Shown here piece by piece: positions 49,172 through 61,100 of a DNA stretch of 64,000 bases. Each line of letters begins with the position of its first letter. The first letter of the stretch is position 1. This DNA comes from Camelus dromedarius (taxonomy: Eukaryota), in NCBI RefSeq assembly GCF_036321535.1, contig NC_087436.1:35652001-35716000 (forward strand). The letters are read 5' to 3'. Below the pieces are notes generated by a model, which saw nothing but the letters and a program-made list of their open reading frames with translations, was not told the origin of the DNA and did not search any database. The translations under genes were made by a program, and so were the position numbers.

Positions 49172-50278
49172 CCAAGGGCCAACTCTATGCTGAATGTGCA
49201 GAAATGAAAGACCCAGTCCCTGTCTTTAAGGTGCTCTCAGTCTGATGGGGAGAAGGGTAAGTAAACAGAAAATTACAAAACAACTTGACAGGCAGAGGGG
49301 AGTTCAAATTGCCCATTCCGCTGATGGATAGGTAGAGCTTAGCTAGGCAATGGTAGAGCAGCATTGAGGAGGCTAGATTATTCCCAAATTCCAAGTCCTC
49401 TGTGACTGGAGCACCAAGGGTGTGCACTGAGCGGGCGAGGAATAGTGGCAGGAGCAGGAGGAGAGGAGGGGGCGCAGCAGGAGACTCTGGGGCGAGAGTC
49501 AGCAGACAGACCGCAAAGGGAGCTTCCAGTCTATGAAATCAGAACTGTATCTTGAAACCTATGGGGGTACAGGGAAGGATTTTAAGATAAGGAAGCAGCG
49601 TGATCCGATATGTGGTGTAGAGAGCTCACTTCCCAGCAGTGTGCCAGAGGGTTTCCGCAGAGAAGAACAAGGTATTTGCCATGAGATCAGTTGGAAGGGC
49701 ACCGGCAGTTTTTCCAGGAGGAAGGGAGGGGAGCCTACATCACAACAGGGCAGCAGAGAAGGAGATGAGGAAGCCAGGAGTTATTTAGGGAGGAAACTTG
49801 ATAGGCTCAAGTTACCACATCTCTAGCATTTTAGGTTGAGCTAAAACAGAGGCACTATTCGTCAGAAAAAGAAAATTTAGGTGGGAGGTGGGTTTGGGAG
49901 TAAAAGGTGATAAATGCAGTTTTGGACACACTGAGTTTGAATAGCTGCGGGACATCCAAGAGGGGAGGTCCATTTACAATTCTTGTTTCTGTGCATTTGA
50001 GAGTCATCAATAATATGAGCGATAGTCATTTACATATTATATTCATTTAAATATAAATCTATGATGAATACCTACTACATTCTGGACTCTGTTCTAGGCT
50101 CTGGGGGGACAGCAAAAACCCAAGCAGACAAAGGCCCTGCTCCAACATGGCCCACATTCTAATGGCGTGGGTGAGACAAGGGTAGAGAGACCTACAATTA
50201 TCAACTAAATATATGTTAGTTATAGAACATCTGTAAAGTAAGATAAACTAAATTAAGAGACTAGAGAGTGACTGAGTA

Positions 50279-50426
50279 CAGGTACAGGGTCAGGATAGAT
50301 GAGGTAAGAAAGATGCCCAGAGTACCAACTATAAGGAGGCACACGGTCTCAGATGCTGATCTGAACTTGCCTCCTTAAACTGTGTGCCCTGGGCGCCTCA
50401 CTTGCCTTACCCTAGTCCCGACCCTG
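50279..50426. mobile_element. MER96-like palindromic hAT MITE
   Basis: Long inverted arms (cagggtc...taaggaggca / tgcctcctta...gaccctg); 8-bp flanks actgagta / actgggta. Confidence 0.78.
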
Positions 50427-53159
50427 ACTGGGTACCTGCTATTTTCTATGGATAACCAGGGAAGCTTCATTTGAAAGTTGACAATTTGAGTAGAGAACTA
50501 AATAAAGAAATAAGTCAGGTATCCCCATCTCTGGGGAAAGAACACTGTAAGCAGAGAAAACCATATGAGCAAAGGCCCTGAGGCAGGAAGACACAGTGTG
50601 TTGACGAAAAAGGTCTCCCAGAAATCTCCACCAAGGACAATGTACAGAAGAGATGAGAACCAAAGACAGAACCCCCAAGAAAACACAGTAAACGGATGAG
50701 CAAAGGGGCAAAAAGCCTACAAGGAAGAGTGAGAAGGAGAGGCCAGAGAGGTAAGAGCAAAGCCAGGAGAGAGATCTGTCACCAAAGCCAAGGGAGGAGT
50801 TTTTCAAAGAAGAAGCAATCAATACTGTCAACCACTGCAGAGACGGGGTAAGACAGAACACAAATCTTACACCGCTGGCACCTGGGAACGTGTCCTGCCT
50901 TTAGGAAAAACAGCTTATGACTTGGAGAACTTTCCTAACCTGAGTCCACACCTGAATGGTTCACACCTCTAAACAGTCCTCTTTCTGGTATGGAAGGTCA
51001 CCAGAAGTACTTTCATTCTGGACAAACCCAAGCAATGCAGAAACTAAAAATAATAGTTCAGTCTGAACACCTTCAACCCAGTTGTGATAGTCTTTTAAAA
51101 ACTGATTTCGTAACTAAAACCTGTGAGTTCATGTCCCAGCTGGCCACCACCTCTACCATAAACAGGGTCAGTTGCTAAAGTGGCCCTTACCTACGGGAAT
51201 ACTCATTCTCTGATCCTCAGCAGAGGCCCAGGTTGATCCTGTACAACCCAGCTTGGTTTTAGGAGCATCCTGAGAATTCTTCACCCAGTCGAATGTGGGT
51301 GCCGCCAATCTCATTCCCCTGGGCTAGATGAATGGGTATCATTTATTAACTGTGAGTGAGCTTGAAGCCGCAGGTTCAAATTAAACCAAACTCTTTGCTA
51401 GTTGGGGTAGTTTCCTTTTAACTGCATTCCAATGCTCCAGGGAATTTGTGGCTTCACAGTTTCATCACCAAAATTCACTTACCAACCAAACTGAAATGAC
51501 AAGTATCGGTGAGTATGTGGGGTTTCATGGTTTAATCAGAATCAGAGAGGGAGACCATCACTGTAATCAAGTCCAACAAAGGCTCATTATATAAAATCAA
51601 AAGAAAGCCAAGAAACTTAATATGCTCAAGCTCACACCTGCCTGTGGAATAAAAATAATAATAATAATATTGTATGCCACTTTTCACCATTTGGAAGGGA
51701 AACCTGTAAAATTTTAAAACTCCAAACAAAGCTCTCTTTTACCTTTTGAACTTCTCAACAAATCTGTTTAATGAACAACGCTTAAGCATGTAAAAACACT
51801 GACCCTCCCACCCCCACAGTTTTAATGTCTAACAAGATAACTTAAAACCAGCTTAGACAGATTTTTCTTCAAAAAATATGAATTATAAGCCACACCTGCT
51901 GGCTGACACCTAATTCTGGCTCTTTCGTGCTCTAAAATGGCCAAGTGAAATAGAAATGAAGCAGGAATTCATAGTTAAGGGTCAATTCATGGACTTGGGG
52001 CTTTGATGAAATAAGGCACTTGGATAAGAAACAGAAGATCCTTGTGCTTGGCCACTTAGAAAGTCTCTTGGTGGCGGCCGAGGTAGTAATTAACTCACAG
52101 ATCCAGGTGTTGTATCTGCATTGTCTGTGTTCTTAGAGAAAGCGTGTCAGAACAACTTGAGGGCCACATGGCAAGTAAGACACAGGGCCTTTTAAGAAAA
52201 ATAGAAATGGATTGTGAGCATTTCACATAGTCAAATGTTTGTGCTAGAATTAGAGACCAAACAGACATCTGTCTCTTCATATAAATGTATTAACATGCCC
52301 AAGATTTAAACATCTCAAGATTAAGATATTCCAACTACCTATTTTCCAATGTGTCAGCTTCAGCCTACCTCCAAAACCACAAGACACTAATCTTCTTCCT
52401 GGGTAATCTGTGCTGAAATGGAAAATTTTCTGATTTTGACCTGTTATCCATTCACATTTTTTTCTTTAATTGATTTGTATTGCCATGGCTAGAAGAGTCT
52501 AGCAGGATCATGACTGCCATGTTTCAAACAAAAGCTGGGGCAGGAAAAATAGGTCGTGTGTGGACAGTTGGTCGACCTCCTTTCAGACTGGCTTGGGGTG
52601 TGTTGCTGCGTGCGCCCCGAGGCTCGCTGAAAATGGAGTCCTCGGTGTTGGCAGGATAATCAGAAAATCCATCTTGTGACCTGTCAGCGTACCCAAGGGC
52701 TCTGTGGGCAGAATCTTCCACTTTTCTAAGATACTGCATATGCGTACATTGCCACAGCCTGATGTTGAACATACTCTAAATTACAGCTGTAGAAGCAGAA
52801 ACACATGTGTGGCCCGAGCCACAGCATCCTTCCGGCTATGGAAACCCAAGTGGGTCACCCTTCACTGTGCGTCATGGCCCAAGGGGTCAGTGCAAAGTAG
52901 CAGAGGACACTGAGAACAGGACATTCTCCCTTTCCCCCTAGTTACGCTCGAAGCAACCTGACACCTCTGAATTTGATGTTCAATGTGAAAAAAGAAAAGA
53001 GAGAAGGGGGCCTCTGAAAAAGAGATCTTGCAAGACTTTTAAACAAATTTCCCTCTGCTGCTCTCTGCCTAAGCTCAGAAGACACCACAAATGTAGGAGG
53101 GCTCCTTAGTGTAACGATGGCTTACCAAAACTTAACAGACTCACTTCCAGCTATTACAT

Positions 53160-53940
53160 TAAAAAAGAGAGCGAGCGAGCCGGGGCGCTTTGGCAAGGCC
53201 GACCAGACCCATTAGCATCTCCGGTCCCTCCTGGACAATGAAACACGCGGAAATAGCAACAGTTAAAAGAGCGAGACTACCTTAAGTAAATGAAAAAGCG
53301 CATTTCCATATTTTTAAACAAAGGGGTTCTGCACCATCTGTCCCCGTCTGGGTGCCCCCTGCTCCACACTGAGAGGATTTGCAAGGGATTCAAGTGCACC
53401 TTATAGATTAAATAGTCACTCGGCTGCTTAAGCCCGGTTGCCCAGACAATGGCCGCGCGGAGCACCCCTTCCTCCTTCCTTCCTGTCGAGTGTTCTGCCT
53501 GACTACACAAACTCAATGCGCGCGGCTCCCCCGTTGCAAGAAGTGGACTTGACCGGAGCTAAAACCAACAAAGGCAGATTCTGGTGGGAGCTGCGGAAGC
53601 GCCGGGCACTGAGTCAACAGACGGGTTTCATTGAAATGCAAATGGCGCGGCCGCGGCCTCGGCGCGCCACCTCCCGCCCCTTAACTTCTCAACCCCCGCG
53701 CCGCGCCGGCCTGAATGGGCCCATTGACGCGCCCGCCGTCCCCACCGCTCGGGGGCCTCTGCGGGCGCGGGGAGCCGCCTGGCCGCCCGAGCGCCCCGGC
53801 CTCGCGAGCCCTGTCAGCGCCTTAATTTCTGCAGATCGTCATCACCTGGTCCGCATCGTCGTCTCCCTCCCGGACCCAGCAGGGTGTCCCTCGCCTTAAA
53901 CGCAGGTTCGCCTGCCGACTGGCCGAGGAACCGAAAAGTT
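53160..53940 (-). promoter_or_regulatory. CpG island / main promoter
   Basis: Highest CpG density in the window (GCGGCCGC, GGCGCGCC), GC boxes, CGGAAG 53594-53599, TGAGTCA 53610-53616 and ATGCAAAT 53636-53643. Confidence 0.85.
53281..53520 (-). other. Candidate non-coding first exon (TSS approximate)
   Basis: Lies immediately downstream of the motif cluster; donor AAG|GTAGTC after 53281. Other donors nearby (GAA|GTGAGT at about 53145, TTG|GTAAGC at about 53126) are alternatives. Confidence 0.42.
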
Positions 53941-54021
53941 CCCTGCTCTGCTGCTGAGTTTAAAAACAAACAAACAAAAAAGTTCCAAAGTACCACAGTG
54001 GTGGTTACATTTTTTCCGCCC

Positions 54022-54062
54022 TAAGTATTTACTCACTTAACCTTAAGTGTGTACTCACTTAA
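54022..54062. repeat. 19-bp direct repeat with palindromic TTAAGTG/CACTTAA motifs
   Basis: taagtatttactcacttaa (54022-54040) and taagtgtgtactcacttaa (54044-54062). Confidence 0.8.
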
Positions 54063-54506
54063 ATCCTGTCCTCTTGTATCCAGAGAGAACCCGTCTTGAT
54101 TTTTTTTTTCAGGTGCTAGACATTTTTAGCTTAGAAGAAGTAGTTCTCACCGATGCTCCCTAAATGCTGAAGTAAAAACAAATTCCATTTGGTATTTGGT
54201 GACTGCCCGCCCTCTCTCCCCATTTCCCTGTGCCGTGTTTTACTTTGACTAGATAATACTATCAGCTTGCTGTTTATTTTGTACTTCCCTAAGGTCTGAA
54301 GTAAACGCGTGCTGTTAAAACAGTACTTAAAAGGGGAAGTAAAGGTAGGTTTTTTCTTTACAGAAATAAAAGGTTAATTCAATTCTTTAAGCAAACTGAG
54401 TTACTAACAATAATTTTAAAATAAAGCTAAAGAGTACTTAAAGGTCACTTTAAAATATAAGAAATCCTTCTACTGGGTACATATCTGGCTGCTATTTCAG
54501 ACTTAG

Positions 54507-55018
54507 TGTAACAGAAAACAAACCTGACTCCATGTTGGGTCTCTTCCTTTAGCGCCAAGGGTCGTGCTCTGTGGCCTGTGCTTAGTCATGCTGCCTCTGC
54601 AGCTTTGTGAAACAATGTTGCCTACAGCCTGCAATATGCAGGGTAGCCCGTTTTCAAGGCTCTGACCTTAAAGGTGTAACACTTTTCAGTTCATATACAG
54701 ATAAAAAATTGCAGAACAGGAGAGATAACAATTGTCTTGTTGGAGGTTTATAGGAGCACTGTGACCAGACCTATAGGGCAGCTATGAGAACAAAAGATTA
54801 CTGTACCAAGAAATTTGCAACAACCAGCCACAGCCCTCCTCTACCTTTTAGTATAAAAGAAGCCTGAATTCTAACCAGGTAAAATGGTTCTTTGGGACAC
54901 TAGCCCACCCTCTCCTGCCGGCTTTCCGAATCAGACCGCCATTCCTTGCCCCAACACCTTGTCTATGGATTTCTTGGCCTGTTGTGCAGTGGGCAGTAGG
55001 AGCTCGGACTTGATAACG
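54507..55018 (+). mobile_element. ERV1-class (MER41-like) solo LTR with perfect 4-bp TSD
   Basis: Starts tgtaac and ends gataacg; TSD ttag at 54503-54506 and 55019-55022; TATAAAAG 54852-54859; U5-like 'ttccttgccccaacacc...gagctcggact'. Confidence 0.85.
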
Positions 55019-55506
55019 TTAGGAAGTAAGGAATGATAAAACTATAATAAATATAATGAAGTAAGTATTTCTTTTTAAATCCCTCAGTTTTGTAAATTTA
55101 CCAGAGTGTAATCATATTTGAACATATAATGTGCCATTCACTTAAATACACAGATTATTTTGCTAAAAAGCAACTAAAGGAATATTTACACTCAACCATC
55201 TTTGATTTTGCATGAGAAATTTTAAATTATTTGTAAAAGCAAAGTAAACTTTCAATTAGAGGAAAAAATTTTCCTAGTTGACATAGTTTAAAGTAAGAAT
55301 ATTTTATGCTATTTAAGGAAAAAATCTCTTCTGTCCTTTGCCTTTTTGTTTTTGTTTTTGGTAGTGTCTCTTTATCCACCTACCCAGCAAACACACTTTT
55401 TGGCCTCAATACTGGATTGAGCTGAGTTGAGTAGATTTAGATGTAAACTGAGCACAGCTGGATCTACAAGACAAGACACTCAGAATGACACTAATGGCAT
55501 TTCTTC

Positions 55507-56235
55507 TGTAGTGGGCATCTGATAGCTCTTTGCCCAGTGTCCATTTTTCCTTAACATTAGAAACAGCATCTGATTTTCAACCAGAGGACTACTGGTCCTC
55601 ACTCACAGTCCAGGTGATTCACATCTATGGCTCCAGGGCCACAGCTAGTTCATAGGATGCCTTTGTGCAAATTCAAATAATACACACCTTCCTCCAGGCA
55701 AATGAAGCCCATGTCCAGCACCAAAACACCAGGCTTGCCCAGCAAATAGCAGGGGCTGCACCGCCCGTCAGCTGCAGGCTTTGTACAGTTCACAGCTATA
55801 CTCAGGCCTTCCTACTTGCAGCAGTACACTCACTCATACTGGCCAGCCAGCCTTTTCAAAGTCTCAGGCCACAATGAAGAGTTTCAGGAACAGGCATGTG
55901 AACGGAGTTGAGCTCATGAAAGTTAGCCTGAGAACTTAAGCTGGAATTTTTAGAAAAGAGGCATTCTTGCTTTGCAGTGGAGTGTGACTAAATGGTGGCA
56001 TATAGACTTGGAGCTGCACTTGACTATCACCATTATCCAGGAGGAAAAGTCAGCCTAAGGCTCAAGAAATAGAAGCAGATTTGGAGATTGTTGATCGCAT
56101 CATATGAGCACCTGGATTCAGCCATGTCTGAATCAGTCACCTTCTCAGGTATGTTTAAGAATAAATTCTTTCTTTTGAATAAGCCAGTTTATTGAATTTC
56201 TGTTGTTTGCAATCTCAAAGACTCCTGACCAGAAT
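55507..56235 (+). mobile_element. MLT1-type LTR, probably with an internal insertion
   Basis: 3' end 'gcacctggattcagccatgtctgaa...ataaattcttt...tttctgttgtttgcaatc...tcctgacc'. Confidence 0.65.
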
Positions 56236-57378
56236 GATTGCCATGGTGGGAAGAGGTAAATCTCACAGTTGATGATATTTATGTCACTGAATTTATTTGG
56301 GGTTTTGGTATCAGTACAGTTCGTAATTCTTTCAGTAACAGGCAAATCAGTATAAATCAGCCTTATAAACAGCCATTTCACTTCCCCTGCCTTTTCTTCT
56401 TCAGCATATAGCACACTATAATAAAATACATGATGGATTTTTATTTTCTTTGAGGATTTGAAAATTTTTCTCTTAGCAGTGCCCATTGCTTAATAGTTAG
56501 AGAACCAAATGGGGGTTTAGGTGGGAAGGTTGGAAACTACCCAAGGGGTTAATCCTCTTAATATGTTTCATTTTGATTTTAAGTAGAAGATATATGACAC
56601 GTTGAAATTTATTTTTAAAAATCTTTTCGCCCCATCAAGAAGTTTAATAAATATGTTAACTACAATTAATAAATAAAAGAACAGATTATATAGATTACGA
56701 GAGCTTAGAAAACAATAATCAATGGGTAACAAATAGTAAGACATCGCTAAGAAAAAGTTACACCAAATCAAATGCATTCTACGTTTGATGACCAATGCAG
56801 CAATTTGTTCTTTGTTCTCAGAAATATTCAAGTTGATGATAGAAAATGAATCATTTGTCAGGGAGTAGTAGAAAGAACTCTGCCTCGCAGTGAGAAGCTT
56901 GACTGGTTTGAGGTTCCTTTTAATATTCACGTCCTGATTTTATGAGTCTAACTTTCTAGATGTAGCAGATAGGAACTTGCCCCCCCCCAAATAATTACTA
57001 TCTTATCATCAATTTAAGATGTTATCATCATCCCTTCCACTTAGCATTCATTCATGATTATCATTACATTACTTTGAATTGTGTTTATTTGAGCCTGAAA
57101 AAAAATTAAAATCTTGTGTTTTCCAAGAGGTATAACCACCTAAATTATTTCCAGTTTTTGCCAAAGGTAAGTTCCTGTTGCTGTTTTTATTTTAAAATCC
57201 AAGAACAGAGGATTTAGATATGAAAGAAAATTAAGAGAAACTGCAATTCACTTTTTCTAGTTCCTGTTCTTTGTTATTCTTGGCTGTACCATTGTCATAC
57301 CTTAGAAGATTGGGAAGAAATGCCATTAGTTCTTTGTTTTGTAAATATGGACTTCTTTTACTCTCTTGCTGTTATGTT

Positions 57379-57421
57379 TGATATATAGATATAGATATAG
57401 ATACAGATAGATAGATATATC
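57379..57421. repeat. (GATATA/GATA)n repeat
   Basis: gatatatagatatagatatagatacagatagatagatatat. Confidence 0.85.
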
Positions 57422-57639
57422 TGCTTTCTATTTTTATATTATAACTCTAGTACCTTACTGATAGCTCCACTCTTCCTTTAAAGTTCCTAATCTGTAAGAA
57501 GTGCCCCACAGCTAATTTGGCCATGTTGACTCCCACCTAACCTTCCTATGCTGTCTGCTGAGATTAATCAAATGGAGAAAAGGGTCAAGTTTGACAGCTC
57601 CTTTAACAAGTATGAACAATAGCTATAAGTTGAACAATT

Positions 57640-58105
57640 AAGCATTTATATAACCTCCTTGTATCTTGACTTCCTGTTCTGCAGAGTCCAGAAGCTGAAC
57701 TCCACATTTTCCAGACTCCCTTGCAGCTTAGGGGTCCTCATGAGATCTAGCTTCTGCCAAGCAGACATAACCACTCCAAACTCAAAGGTGGATGTGAACA
57801 ACATGAGCAGTGGACATGAAGGGGAGCTCAGATCTCCTGGAAAGCAGGAACATCCAACTCTTCCAGGGCAGCTATGGTAGAATCTCTTGGAGTACAGTTC
57901 CTATGGTTATAAGTTCCAAATGATAGACGGTAATACCATGAGTGTTTTCTTCAAAACATGTCTGTGTAAGACTTCTGTATTTCTCAAGGCTGCTTTGTTC
58001 CTTGCTTTGTAGCAGTCACCCCAGCCTGCTTCTCTGGCCCTCCTGAAGATTCTTTAAACACCTAGTGTTTCCTTAAACTGATTAGAGTGAATTCTGACAT
58101 AAAAA
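57640..58105 (+). mobile_element. ERVL-class 5' LTR (LTR33/LTR16-like)
   Basis: 'cagaagctgaactccacattttccagactcccttgcagcttagggg...cttaaactgattagagtgaattctg'. Confidence 0.65.
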
Positions 58106-61100
58106 GTCTTTGGTAACAGAGGTGGTTTTTCAGGTGAGGGGATAGAAATCTGAGATTGACTGTCTGACTTGGCTGGATTTGAAGGCACTGAGGATCTGAT
58201 TATGATCCGAGGATGGGACACAGGTGCCTACACATTTACATGAAGTCACCAGAAGCACTGGAATGCTGCCGTTACAGAGCAGAATGGAGGGACATAAGAA
58301 ATATACCGTCTGTGTGGTTGACTGACTAATTCTAATTGTACTGGGGTTCTTACAGAAAGAAAAAGACAGCATCAGGGTTTTAAGTTCTTGGTTGACGGTA
58401 TGGTCAGAGACAAAGAAACTACTGCAGTTGCCCTAAAGATTGTTAATCTCTTGACAGCCACATTTTTTGTGTGTGACATAGCCAAAAATGAGATGTAGAG
58501 TCTGAGCCTATGAGTCTGAATTATGACATCAGTGAATTTACACTCATACTAGTTCTCTGATGAGAAATTCTGGATTGCTTGGTACCCTGCCACTTCCACC
58601 CATAACTGGACTGGATATTTGGGAGGATTTAACTACAGTGAGTATTTGAACTGTCCAGTCCCACTGGGCTAACCGAGAATAATCAGCCTGGGCTGCCCTA
58701 TCTGTTGAAGCTGTAACTATCATCCATTAAGAGTCTGTGATAATCCCACCTCAGGTAAATAATTTGCATTAGATGCCAATTCTCCCTGTCTTCCTCCCTT
58801 AACCACCATTCATTGCCTTCAGACCTATAACCACAGTCATATTTCAGCATTCCCATGTTTATGAAGTTAAACTAAGAAAGAAAGACAAACACAACTATAA
58901 CAGTTTTCTTATTTAGATCATCCAGAACACAGATAATATACAGGGGATCAGATTCTAAGGGTTCTAGATTAGAGAGGGAGGTAAATAATTACAGATCAGT
59001 TTGAATTAATCAACACAGCTCCACTTACCAGTGATTTTAGCTTGAGTAGCTGGTGGTCCTGTTTGTTCACTTGCTTTTCTAAAATCTGGACTTAGAAGTG
59101 GTCTACAGGAAATAAGGTTGAGATGCCAGAAATTTCTTGATATAATGTTCAGGAAAGAACCTAACGACTAAAGGAAATAAGTACATTGAGACAAATTTTC
59201 ATATGCAGTCAGCTTCCCCCCTCCCTAACTATATGTGCCAAGAGGGCCCAGAGAATACTCACTGAACCTGACATTAGGCAGTGCATTGGCAGGGGACAAG
59301 TGTCAGCAGTTTTTTAAAGTTCATTGGTTCTGTCCTCTACAGGTCAGAAATGAAGGTGAGAGAAAACCCCACTGATAATGGCTTTTTTATTTAAATGAAG
59401 TTAATTAAATCTGGACAGGCAGAGACCAAGTAGCAACATTTAACTACTGGAGGTGAGGTAGATGTGATTCCCAAAATAGGCGTCTGAATCAAATTAAGTC
59501 AGAATTGTTTGAACAGTAAGAATCTTTGAAGGTAGCTAGTTGCTCCCAAGGATTTGAGGTCATGATAGATTGTCCACGTGCTGTTTTTTCTGCCAAATAG
59601 TTGTAACAGCTATTCCAGGCAACTGGAAGAATCCCCTCCATGGGAACTCTGACCTATGGAGTGGGATTATCCTAGAAAAGGGAAGGATAAGTGGAAGCTC
59701 TAGAACCTTTCCCTCAGTTTCCAAAATGTAAACCAAAATGAATACTAGTCCCTCTTAGAGGATCATAGAGAATAATACCATCATTCAAGAACTGAAATTT
59801 AAGGTATAGTTATTCCTGTGATAACCTCCTTTAACTCATTTGTTTGACTTGATCTCTGGAGGGGGAAATGTATGTTTTTGAGATTAATAGTAGACTACTA
59901 AGCTTTCTCAGTTGGTGACTCCACAGCAGGTCTGTTTCAAGTGTGATCTCATTACAGTAGCAAATCAACATTGTCCCTGGCATCTGGAATGTACCTACTT
60001 TTCCCAAAAAACAAAGCTCTCCTCTGCCCCACCCTTTATAGTTTGCTTTCCCCTGGGAGGTTTAGCATTATACTTTCACCAACTCCCTTTAAGGCTTTGT
60101 CAACTCCCTGGTCCCATGACATAATTTGGTCCGCTGAGACCTGGATCACCACCATCCCACAGGGCATCCCTCTGGACATCTACGTTGATGATGACGTGCT
60201 AATAGGACCAATGAACTGAAAGTAACAGGGACTCTAGATGTCCTGGAAAATGTGGACATGCCATATGGTGGGAGCTAAAACCCAAGTACATTCAGAGATC
60301 TATTATTTATGAAGTTTCTGGGGTTTTCAGTGGTCCAAGAAAGTCAGTATCTTCATTCCAAAGTAGGAAACAATTTGCTAAACATTTTGCTCCCTTTCAC
60401 AGTGCTTGGTAGGCCTCTCTGGATTCAAGTATTCTGCTTTAGCCCATTAACAAAACAGCCCCTACTACTTTGAGTGAGAGTCCAGAGAAAGAGGATTCAG
60501 CAGCTCTACCAGGCTCAATGGCAATAAACCCTGTCTGTTATCTCTTATCACCTTGTGGGTCAGGGCACTACATGGAGATTGTGGCAATAAGATAATTATA
60601 ATTTTAAGAACTCTAAGGATTTTGGATCAAAGGCTCTTCAGCAAATAGATGTTTTGCTCTTGAAGCAAGCAGATGCTTCCCACTTCCAACATATTACTTC
60701 TGCCTCCCATCTATCCTTTCACCAACATATATCTAGGTCCTTGTTGGGAACTCCCTGTAACCAGTTAACTGAGGATAAAATATTCAGCCTTGTTTAGAGA
60801 AGGTTCTATAAAATATGCTGGCTCCAGCTATAAGTGTTCTACTGCAGTCTCACCCAAGTATGATTCAAAAAGACAGAGAATGGAAAATGCTTACAAGTGG
60901 GCAGAACTTTGGGAAGTACATCTTATTGTCCACTTGGAATCTTAGGAGAAATAACTGGAGGTAGAAATCTCTTCAAATGATGGAGATAGCTAATAGTTTG
61001 GTCTGATGACTGGGTCTTGGAAAAAAACAAGTTTGAAAGATTGATAACTAGGGGACTTGGGAAGGAGTCAGATAGATGGACCATTCAGAATATATACCAA

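Larger units (their letters stand above)
48983..50860 (-). mobile_element. Cluster of L2 fragments with nested SINE and MITE
   Basis: 'cattcatttaacaaat...cccagtccctgtctttaaggtgctctcagtctgatgggg', 'gcagttttggacacactgagtttga' and 'gtcaccaaagccaagggaggag'. Confidence 0.7.
1..53520 (-). other. ZBTB38: 5' non-coding portion (first exons and long first intron) of a minus-strand gene, tentatively ZBTB38; CDS would lie beyond the left edge
   Basis: Seen: CpG island at 53.2-53.9 kb, a second GC-rich region at 4.9-5.35 kb, minus-strand splice signals giving exons of about 240, 503 and 33-64 nt, and mostly antisense L1s in between. The gene name rests only on my recollection of the human ZBTB38 5' UTR layout; no coding sequence is present to confirm it. 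Confidence 0.45.

Noticed and set aside
52440..52690. Possible extra minus-strand exon near the promoter
   Set aside because: The acceptor lacks a pyrimidine tract and the donor (CAG|GTCAAA) is weak, so support is insufficient.
53438..53899. 153-aa + strand ORF in the CpG island
   Set aside because: Arg/Pro/Ala-rich, non-ATG start, explained by GC content.
59971..60219. YVDD-containing ORF as an active or domesticated reverse transcriptase
   Set aside because: Only a short stretch is in frame; surrounding pol is broken by stops and frameshifts.
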